Source: Eledone cirrhosa (Eukaryota). Taken from it: a stretch of DNA of 64,000 bases. Position 1 is the stretch's first letter, and every line of letters begins with the position of its first letter. Under the pieces are notes generated by a model, which was not told the origin of the DNA, did no database searches, and saw only the letters and a program-made list of their open reading frames with translations. This document shows positions 54,560 through 64,000 of the stretch, piece after piece. Both the position numbers and the translations under genes were made by a program. Where the stretch lies: the NCBI GenBank assembly GCA_964016885.1, contig OZ024741.1, forward strand, positions 359,290,001 to 359,354,000, written 5' to 3'.

Positions 54560-55390
54560 AGATAAGATGTGGGTTATTCCAAGGAGACAGTTTGTCCCCA
54601 TTGTTGCTTGTGCCAGTGATGATTCTACTGACACTGATGTTGAGAAAGATGAAGATATTTTATGCATTAAAGAAGGGAGGAGAGAGGGTCAATCACCTTC
54701 TTTTCATAGATGATCTTAAATTGTTTGCAAAAAGTGAAGATCAAATAGACAGCTTGGTAAAAATCGTTAGGATATTTTCAGATAATATCGAGATGGAATT
54801 TTGATTGTGAAAATGTACTGTGCTGGTTATGATGACAGAAAAAATTGTTCAGAGAGAAGGAATTGCAATGCCAGATGGTAATATGATGAAATGCATAGAA
54901 AGAAGAGGATATAAATATCTTGGAATATTGGAAGCAGATGGAATAAAACATGAAGAAAGGCAAACAAAGAGTATGTATGAAGATTGAGGACAATATTTAA
55001 ATCAAATGCATATGAGGGCAATACACTACACAGGCAGTTCAGAAAAGCAACAGATAAAGTGAGAGGAATAAAAACATGGGATTGGTTAAAGGGGTATTTG
55101 AAAAAGGAAACAGAGAGCACAATAATTACAGAAGATCAGACAATTTGCAGGAATAACATAAAAAAACTGTATATGGAGAAGATGTATCTGTGTCGATTGT
55201 TTGGCACACATTCTCTGAGTGCCCGAAACTTGCTCAAAATAAATATAAGAAAGCAAGAGATGATAATATGGCCAAAGTAATCCACAGAAAACTGTGCGAG
55301 AATTGGGAATTTGGCAAATCAGATAAATGGTACATGCACTAACCGGAGAATATATTGGAGTTAGATGACTGCAAGATTTTGTGGGAATGG
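54560..55390 (+). mobile_element. R4/Dong-like LINE RT fragment
   Basis: GLFQGDSLSPLL, VNHLLFIDDLKLFAK, GYKYLGIL, KILW. Confidence 0.85.
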
Positions 55391-55545
55391 TCCAAAGAAG
55401 AAGATAAAGAAGAAAAAAGAAAAATACAAGAAAAAGAAAAAAGACAAAGGAAAAAAGAAAAAGAAAAGAGAAAAAGAAAAAAGAAAAAGAAGAAAAAGGA
55501 TATAGAAAAAAGAAAAAGAAAAAGAAAAAGAAAAAGAAAAAGAAA

Positions 55546-55577
<32 letters not shown>

Positions 55578-55610
55578 GAAATGAAAGAAATTGAAAAAGA
55601 AGATACTTAC

Positions 55611-55786
55611 AGGAGACCTGCACATTGGGGGTATGGTAGGTGTTGCCAGAGATACAATATCAAGTAACCCTTCAAAAGACTGGCCCATCAATAACAATGC
55701 CAGATTATCTTCTCCATTTGGTACCAAAGACAAGATTCCTGATCGAGAAGACCTGAATTGACAGTTCTCCAGAATAATTTTATTAT
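55611..55786 (-). CDS. Gene C exon
   Basis: cttcag/GTAAGT; NKIILENCQFRSSRSGILSLVPNGEDNLALLLMGQSFEGLLDIVSLATPTIPPMCRSP; phase 1 to 0. Confidence 0.85.
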
Positions 55787-56614
55787 CTGAAGAGATAGAG
55801 ATAGTAGAGTCAAAATGTTAGCAATATACTTTTGGCATGTCATGGTCCCATAATTCCTGATGGAGTCTTAGGGGCACCGTATTGTTAAAAATCTGGTGAA
55901 GCCAATCTCCTCTCCAGGTTTGAATACAGCAAATTTCTTCCAGAGAAGGATAAAGAGAATGAAAGAATGGAAATGAAAAAGAGATATAGAGGAAGAATCT
56001 ACCCCAGTACTTCACTGGTACTTTTTTTATTGACCTTGAAAGGATGAAAGCAGTATTTGAACTGAGAGAGTAGAGAACCAAAACAAATACCACAAAGTAT
56101 TCTATCCGACATTCTAACAACTCTGCCAATTTGCCACCTCAATATACTAAGTCTTTTAAAATTATTTTAACCTTCCCTTACTCCGTATTTATAATGCAAA
56201 GTCATTGCCTACAATTTTAAAATAATTTTGAAAGTAAGCAAGTATTTGGAGGAATTTAAGAATATAACTTTCTCGTTATTAAGCTGGTGTCTAGAACATA
56301 ATTTAACACTCTAGCATTTAAACTGGCAGTATCCACCCAGAATTCTATCACTTCTTTCAAACCGGCCATAACTGGCCACTCATACCGACGTTAAGGTATT
56401 GTTCTCAAAATAAATAACATCAAAATCTTGTAGATTCGATATTATGTGAGATAATTATGTAAGATAAAACCTTTACCACAAAAATACAATAGTATATATA
56501 GAGTAATGTAAATGCTAAAGGGTGAAAGATTCTTACATAAAATTATGGTGGTTTGTATCTAAAAAGTATTTTTAAAAACAATTAGTGAAGCAGGGAAAAT
56601 ACAAATATCAATAC

Positions 56615-56701
56615 CTTCAACTTGTATAGGTATCCTCTTAAGAAAATCAGATGTTAAACTGTTTTCTTTTGGGCCACCTACAATGATGAGATTTCTTCTC
56701 T
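56615..56701 (-). CDS. Gene C exon
   Basis: ttcag/GTATTG; RRNLIIVGGPKENSLTSDFLKRIPIQVE; phase 1 to 1. Confidence 0.85.
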
Positions 56702-57928
56702 CTGAAATGAATATAAGCATTGATAAAATGAGGTTATTTACAGTATGTGCAATACATTTAGTTAATAGTTGTTATATAAATATAAACCTCAATGTAAATT
56801 TATAGCAGGTTTAATGCTAAGATGATGATGGTGTTGTAATGTTGATTTTGTTGTTGTGTGTGTACTCACTTGTGGATAGCTCAGTAATATGGCCACCATT
56901 GCATAGAGTGTAGGTGATGGAAGATTGATGTGTCTGATACAGTGTGACCAGAAATTGTGGGTGAGCAAGTAAGTAACAGTGTTAATATGATGATGATGTG
57001 ATGATTCCTTGAGTAAGTGATTTACCCTGATTACATAGGTATTGAAATAACCCAGAGGCGCTATATTAATAATTTATTTAATCTAACCGTTGTTATAACG
57101 ACAAAACATGAAGAACAAATAACCACAATTGAATTGTGTGATGTATATGCCTCTTTGCTTGCTATAGTATTATTAAAAATGTATTTACCAAACTTCTGGT
57201 GATAGGATGAATTCACAGGTATCGGAGAGAGGGAGAGAGAGAGAAAGAGAGAGACCCAAAGGGGTTGGTGTGTGAAACAGTTGACCACTACATTTTGGCT
57301 AGTCAATATGATCTCTGGAACTGCTGGAATTGACTCTGGGAGCAGACTATTTATGAGTATTCCTTCCTTTGTCTCCAGGACTTGCGAATAAGCAGATGGC
57401 CGTATGATATGTTAAAATCTCAGACATACTGATGACTCAAAATGGAAACTTATCTATGAGGCCACAAAGGTCAGCTTCTTGGTGACCACTTGACTGTGTG
57501 AAAGAAACTCTATTGAGAAGAGGATCAAATTACTGCTACAAAGTGTCATGAGTTGTTTGGGGCACTGCATGTCTTGGGCATTTTAAACCTAGTGGAGCCC
57601 ACTCTTTCTAGGTCAGAACACAGTCGATTTCCTCCACAGACAGACAGACAGACAGACAGACAGAGAGAGAGAGAGAGAGAGAGGAAGAATTGACTCCAGT
57701 ACTGGACTGGCATTTTATTTACTGGCCTTGGTGGGATTTGAACTTATGGGCACAGAGAATTGAAACAAATACTGTGAACCATTCTATCCAACATTCTAAT
57801 GACTCTACCAATTCATTGTTTACATTGTAAAGTAAATGAGGTTAATATTTAAAAACTGAAAACAAATTGTAAAGAAAGATAACAGAAAGACAACATATCT
57901 TCATGGGAAATGAAACAGCTTCACTTAC

Positions 57929-58060
57929 TTAGTTTTTCTAGTGGTATTTCAGTATCTTTAACAATGGCTGCTGAGGTGTCTGATGCAATCCAGAAATGGT
58001 TAGAAATATAGACAGCAAGTTGCAGCAATATTTGGTTAGTAATTACAGACCCTAAAGTAC
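57929..58060 (-). CDS. Gene C exon
   Basis: ttgtag/GTAAGT; TLGSVITNQILLQLAVYISNHFWIASDTSAAIVKDTEIPLEKL; phase 1 to 1. Confidence 0.85.
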
Positions 58061-59042
58061 CTACAAAATAAAATAGATTTAATTAATTCTCAACATCCTG
58101 TAGGGATTTAACAGAACAGAACCTAAAGAAGATATCTATTTATGCTAATTCAAATGTACATAGTATCTTTACCAGTGAATAAATTATTGTAAAAATTCAC
58201 ATTAGCGCAAAGACTTCAATTTTTTTAATGTAATACAGTCGTAGTACTGTTTTATACTCTTCAAGAATCTTTTGCTATTAGTTTCATGTGGTGCATGATA
58301 TTAAGAGTTATCTTTTAACATGCTGTAATGATTTAGCAGAAAATAAAAACAGGTTTGTTAATTTAAATTTTTACCCATCCCACCCTTGCAAGCAGGGAAA
58401 AGCGGACGTAAAATGATGATGATGATAATGTTAGAGATAAAATTAGTGCCCGCACTATCTTAAGGCCTACTAGGTAGCCATATAGGGTGCAAACTTCAGC
58501 AAGGCACATTACTGAACCATAAAGGATCACAGTTTTATATTATTTATCATCATCATCATCGTTTTAAGTCTATTTTTCCACGCTAGCCAAGATGTCCTGT
58601 TGTAGGCAATGCTAGGTCAGGTGACCATGTCTTGCTCATCCAGCACTGTTTTGGGCTTGGTTTCTACAGCTGGATGCCCTTCCTAACGCCAACCTCATTT
58701 ACAGTGAGTATTGGGTGCTTTTTATCGTGGCGCCTACATGACCACTTTACAGTGAGTACTGGGTGTTTTTTGTTGTGACACCTACATGACCAATTTACAG
58801 TATGGGCTGGGTGCTTTTTACCATGTCGCCATCATGACCACTTTACAGGCTGGGGGCTTCACAGGTTGTATACTTTGGCCTGTCTTCATGGGAGATGTAT
58901 AAGAGGGTGAGGTGGGGTAAAAACTATGAATTTAATTCAAATTTTACTTTGGAAAGTATCTGTCTACAAGTATAAAGAGAAAAGGAAAAAATTGAAGATA
59001 TTACACTATATTTATTTAGAAATAACAGAATTGAATACACAC

Positions 59043-59144
59043 CAGTTACTATCAAAAATGGTTTTTCAGCAACACGTCTTGCAGGTCCATAATTACGATA
59101 GTCTCTACCAGTTTCTCTATTTTCTGAACATATAGACCATTCAC
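59043..59144 (-). CDS. Gene C exon
   Basis: gaag/GTGTGT; EWSICSENRETGRDYRNYGPARRVAEKPFLIVT; phase 1 to 1. Confidence 0.85.
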
Positions 59145-60249
59145 CTTCAACAATAAATAATAAGAACATTAACAATAATAATTTCTTTATCAGCCACAAG
59201 GGCTTTCACATAAAATATAGTAAACATCATAACCATAGTTGTTATAATACATGTGGTGCTGCACAAACTTATATATAACGAGGGTAGGGACAAATACATT
59301 ATGCAATGGCATGGACTCATAACTCCTGAGGGAGTCATAAGGGTGCCATATTGGCATACATAAAACCTGGCAGAGCCTATCTCCTTTCCAGGTCTGAATA
59401 TAGCAGATTTCTTCCAGCGAAGGATAGAGAGTAAGAAAAAGGTGAGAAAGAGATATAGAAGAAGAATCAACCCCAGTACTAAACTGGTACATTTTTATTG
59501 ACCTTGAATGGATGAAAAACAAATTTGACTGTGGCAGGATTTGAACTGAGAGAGGAGGGAGCCGAAATGAATACAACAAAGCAATCTATCCGACATTCTA
59601 ATGACTCTGCCAATTTGCCGCTTATCATTATACAATAGAGAGATTAATTTGATAAAACATGAAATAAACGTAAAAGTATTACAAAACATATAATCATTAA
59701 TACAAGATATGACATAAAAACATAAAAAACATAAAAGTTGGGGGTAACCCACCAACACACTGGTGATTACCTACTAGTTAAGTCAAGTCAGAACACCTTC
59801 CACATTTCTGCTTACCCATCATGCATTATATACTTCCAAAACAACACTAACATTTCCTGTAAATAATTCTTTGATGGGTTCATCAACAATAGCATCCACA
59901 TCTTCTGGTCCTTAAACAATAATAATAAATGGAATATCCACAGAGAATGATTAACTGACTAGAGTCTAAGATATAGTACTTATTTTATTGACTGTGGAAA
60001 GAGGAAAAACAAAATCAATACCAAACATAGTTTGAACTCAGAACATAAAGGGGTAGAAGCAAATACCAACAGGTGTTTTGTCAGTTACTCTACTGATGTA
60101 CAAAACAAAATCATGCAGTCATAATCATTACATGTTTGAGTTACATGCTGGCATTGGTATGGATGGTTTGTCATGGTCTGTGGTTAGATGGGTTGAGGAA
60201 CCACATCTTATATGTTCCACATTTTGGAATGGTTTCTACAGCTGAATGC

Positions 60250-60515
60250 ACATCCAAACATCAACCAATTTGTAGAGGGTACTGGGGACATTTTATCATG
60301 GCACCACACAACCACTTTATGGAGTGTATTGGGTGCATTTTATTGTGGTACAAGCACCACTACTTTATAAAGTGTACTGAGTGTGTTTTACCATAGCACT
60401 ACACTAACACTTTACAGAGTGTACTGGGTGCATTTAATTGTGGCACCAGCACCACTACTTTACAGAATATACTGGATGCATTTTATTGTGGCACTGGCAC
60501 TACTATTTTACAGTG
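60250..60515. repeat. Tandem repeat of about 44 bp derived from the SINE/RTE tail
   Basis: CACTTTACAGAGTGTACTGGGTGCATTTTATTGTGGCACC repeated about 5-6 times; a similar expansion lies near 58690-58850. Confidence 0.75.
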
Positions 60516-60555
60516 AAAGTAATAAATAAAACGAAAAAAAAAAAAGCAAATCAAC

Positions 60556-60640
60556 CTTTGGATCTACATAGATGTTCCTTTTCTGGTGTGTTGATCATAG
60601 TGTGTAGAGAGGCTGGAGGAACAGTGAAGTCAGTATCAAC
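60556..60640 (-). CDS. Gene C exon
   Basis: tttcag/GTTGAT; VDTDFTVPPASLHTMINTPEKEHLCRSK; phase 0 to 1. Confidence 0.75.
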
Positions 60641-60906
60641 CTGAAAGTATATAAGCATATAATTTAAGAATGGAATCCAATCAGTGTGTATCCAGTTTAA
60701 AATTGGTATACTTGTGATGTAATAGGTATGACTATGAATTTTTGGAAATACTTAAATCTATCTTTTACTGTACCTTTCCTTGGAGAGCATCCAAAAAGAA
60801 ACATTCTGATACTTCATTTGTGAAATTTGGATGAATAATTTAGGAAATATGACAATTTAAATGCTTGGCAAAGTGGTCTAAATCTTGCCTAATTAGACTT
60901 AAATGA

Positions 60907-61085
60907 ATAATTGTTTCTACTTTTGGCACAAGGCCAGCAATTGCCCAGTGTATTACTGGTACTTTATTTTATCGACCCCGTAAGGATGAAAGGCAAAGTT
61001 AACCTCGGCGGGATTTGAACTCAGAATGGCAAGGGCCGTAACTCTATGCGTCCGACCCTCTACCGATACTGCCAATTCACCGCCA
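60907..61085 (-). mobile_element. tRNA-derived SINE (Meta-like domain), single copy
   Basis: Reverse complement of the 27817 array unit; another copy at 47696-47880(+). Confidence 0.85.
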
Positions 61086-61594
61086 TTAAATGAATAATAA
61101 GCCATATTTTTGATGTCATATCTTTGAACCTGAGGTTCATATTAATAGTGTCCATGGGATATCAGTTGCCTATTTTTGCTTCAGTTTCTTGAACTTTTTA
61201 AAAACTTTTTGGGGCAATTTTTTAAATATTTATGTTAAGCCTATTTTGTTGTGTGTAACAAACAGTCGATTTTGCGACATAAGTGTAAGCTTTTCATGTT
61301 TTCAGTCCTAGCTAAATCCAAAAGTACAAGCCACATGGATTGAGTTTTTGGCATATTTGTAGTAGGTATAGAACTAAATAAATCCTGAGATTTTGGGACA
61401 TGATACCTTTCAATAAAATTTTAATGGACAATTAATAATGGCTATAAACAATTAAATTACAGTGATTAAAGGTTGTTGCAAGCTTTTCATGCATTTTCAG
61501 ACATGGCTATATTGTGATCTGTTAATTGTAGGGGGCTCAGTTTTGATACACTGATACAGGGGTATAAAACTAAATCCTCTCTAAGTTTGGAGCT

Positions 61595-61860
61595 TCACAA
61601 TACATGTACATAGAATATATCCACTTCTTTCTTCTCTAAGAGCTCCACAATTTCACCTGATTTACCTTTCAGGGTGCTAATATTGAGAGTGGCAGTCCTG
61701 CGACGTGTAACTTGACCATGGTTAGTTCTTTGAATAGCAGTTTTTGTACCTGGAAGGGAAAAAGGCTGTGCGATTGCTTGATGACAGTCAAGGGGTTCTC
61801 GCACGTAGCTACTCTACCCACTCCACTACCGTAAGTATTCTTGCTGAAGCATCCCTCCAT
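61595..61860 (-). mobile_element. RTE 5' region / start of AP-endonuclease
   Basis: RTATLNISTLKGKSGEIVELLEKKEVDI resembles the APE N-terminus. Confidence 0.6.
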
Positions 61861-61914
61861 CTCATTTCTTGTACACAGTATATATATATATATAACTGGT
61901 GTAGAATATTATGG

Positions 61915-63068
61915 GTCTCAAAGTCAACATGACAAAGACTAAGGTCCTTGTAAGTAGACGAGAAAACAGAACCCAGATCCCCTCAGGGAAATGGCCTTGC
62001 TCAGTATGTAGGAAAGGTGTAGGTAGGAACTCCATTGTCTGCCCCAAATGCAAACAATGGGTACACAAGAGATGTAGCAGGATCTAAGGAAGCTTAATTA
62101 AGAATGTAGGATTCACATGCAGCAGCTGTGCTGATACAGCAAGCAGCAAACAGCCACAGGAAACAAGTACCACCAATCTCTGGGAGCGCCCTGTAGAAAC
62201 AGTAGACAGCTTCTTCTACCTAGGTGACCGAATTAGCAGCGGAGGTGGGTGTTCAGAAAGTACAATAACTAGGGTAAGAACGGGATGGAAGAAGTTTAGG
62301 AAACTACTACCACTGCTAGCTGCAAAAGGCTTCTCCCTCAGAATGAAAGGCAGACTGTATGATGCGTGTATCCGAACAGCGATGTTGCATGGTAGTGAGA
62401 CCTGGGCGCTGAAGGTGGAAGACTTATGTAGATTAGAGAGAAACGAAGCCTGTATGCTCCGATGGATGTGTAACAGTAATATACATGAACGACAAAGCAT
62501 AAGAGGAATCAAATGCTGTGTGCAGGAGAGGCCGTTGCGCTGGTATGGACATGTGATGCGTATGAAGGATGACAGCTGCATAAAAAGGTGCAGAGCACTA
62601 GAAGTTGATGGAAACCACGGAGTGGGGAGACCCAAGATGACCTGGGATGAGGTGATAAAAGCCGACCTTGCCCAATTGCACCTCTCAAAGACAATGACAC
62701 ACAACCGTGACTTCTGGCGTCACGCAGTAATACAGAGTACCCGACCTCCCATGGGTACAAGCTGAAGCATATAGACAATTGCCCCCACACCCTCCACCGC
62801 AAGGTGGTCGTGGAGGTGCCACGGCAAAAAAGCACCCAGCCCACACTGTAAAGTGGACGTGTAGGCGCCACGAAAAAGAACCCAGCACTCACTGTAAATG
62901 AGGTTGGTGTTAGGAAGGGCATCCAGCTGTAGAAATCAAGCCAAATCAGTTCCTGTATGAGCAAGGTATGGTCAGCCGACCAGACACTGCCCACAACAGG
63001 ACAACCCGTCTAACCCATGCTAGCATGGAAGAACGGACGTAAAACGGTGATGATGATGATGATGATGA
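61915..63068 (+). mobile_element. RTE LINE 3' third with UTR and (GAT)n tail
   Basis: GLKVNMTKTK, KWPCSVCRKG, FFYLGD, MKGRLYDAC...LRWYGHVMRM. Confidence 0.9.
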
Positions 63069-63496
63069 TACAACATTACGTGGTGTAGAATATTATGGAT
63101 ATACAACATTACGTGGTGTAGAATATTATGGATATACAACATTACGTGGTGTAAAATCTTTGGATATACATCATTAAGTGATATAGATTATGGATATATA
63201 ACATTAACTGGTGTAGAATATTATGCAAATACAACAGTAAGTAGTGTACAATATTATGCATATACAACAGTAAGTAGTGTACAATATTATGCATATACAA
63301 CATTAAGTGGTGTACAATATTATGCATATACAACATTAAGTGGTGTAGAATATTATGCATATACAACAGTAAGTAGTGTACAATATTATGCATATACAAC
63401 AGTAAGTAGTGTACAATATTATGCATATACAACATTAAGTGGTGTAGAATACTATGGATATACAACAGTAAGTGGTGTAGAATACTATGGATATAC
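63069..63496. repeat. 33-bp minisatellite (about 13 units)
   Basis: Unit ATACAACATTAAGTGGTGTAGAATATTATGCAT; abuts the gene C splice donor. Confidence 0.9.
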
Positions 63497-63500
63497 TTAC

Positions 63501-63608
63501 AACAACATTAACCGATGTCCAGTTTATTGGTCGATTTAAACTCTTCACAAGTTGGAATTTTGCAACATTTGATGTTTGTAGCTGAATAGAGTTTCCTTTG
63601 TGATGGAT
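63501..63608 (-). CDS. Gene C exon (gene continues beyond the window)
   Basis: gaaag/GTAAGT; IHHKGNSIQLQTSNVAKFQLVKSLNRPINWTSVNVV; phase 0 to 0. Confidence 0.75.
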
Positions 63609-64000
63609 CTTTCAATGAAAAGCATATTAATTAAATACAAGTCAGAAAAGAAAAAGGCAACATCCCTTAATTCTTGATAGAGTTGTAGGAGTGTCGTCCT
63701 AATGCATAGCATGTCTTCGTCCCTTTAAATCTGGCAAGGCCCATCCCTCTCTAGGTTGTAACACAACCAATTTCTTCCAGAGAAAGAGAGGGGAAATAAG
63801 AAAGAGATATAAAGGAAGAATCAATCCCTAGTACTAGTGAAGGCGCACGGCTTAGTGGTTAGAGCATTGGGCTTGCAATCGAAAGGTTGTGAGTTCAATT
63901 CTCGGACCAGGTGATGTGTTGTTTCCTTGAGCAAGATACTTTATTTCACGTTGCTCCAGTTTACTCAGCTGTAGAAATGAGATGATAGACCTGGGGTCCC

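Noticed and set aside
55086-55610. Poly-Phe / poly-Lys-Arg ORFs
   Set aside because: Produced by a (GAAAAA)n tract; only 55611-55786 is a real exon.
56870-56933. Apparent extra exon of gene C (cag...GTGAGT on -)
   Set aside because: 64 nt long and has a stop in the required phase; the flanking exons join in frame without it.
63142-63465. 11-aa repeat protein (MHNIVHYLLLY)n, or a CRISPR-like array
   Set aside because: A 33-bp minisatellite with no unique spacers and no cas genes; it lies in an intron, and the exon frame hits a stop in the repeat.
63839-63912. tRNA gene-like sequence (also at 8008 and 54251)
   Set aside because: SINE heads with A/B boxes that continue into a SINE body; no proper acceptor stem.

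Overview
AT-rich, repeat-dense eukaryotic DNA. The SINE, RTE, mariner and microsatellite content suggests a cephalopod (octopus-like) genome, which is an inference. Three spliced host genes were reconstructed by hand. (A) The last two exons of a pancreatic-lipase-family gene (343-1084, +). (B) A complete 9-exon, 480-aa pancreatic-lipase-related gene (18531-46750, +) with an intact Ser/Asp/His triad, a long 29-residue lid and a PLAT domain; it is a tandem paralog of A. (C) Seven 3' exons (276 aa) of a convergent minus-strand gene (63608-50213) that resembles uncharacterized ARB_06907-like secreted hydrolases. The rest is transposon-derived. It includes a compact full-length Ty3/Gypsy element with a GGGAAAC -1 frameshift site and a young non-coding LTR element with a tRNA-Trp PBS. 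It also includes three mariners (nested), a deleted piggyBac with matching MITEs, RTE/R4/Tx1 LINE fragments, a Penelope RT+GIY-YIG fragment and two SINE types. The most unusual recurring signal is a set of short, microsatellite-embedded, often inverted-repeat elements carrying hammerhead-ribozyme cores (CUGANGA...GAAA...UH), several with greatly extended stem II. All structures were read by eye; no database search or folding program was run.
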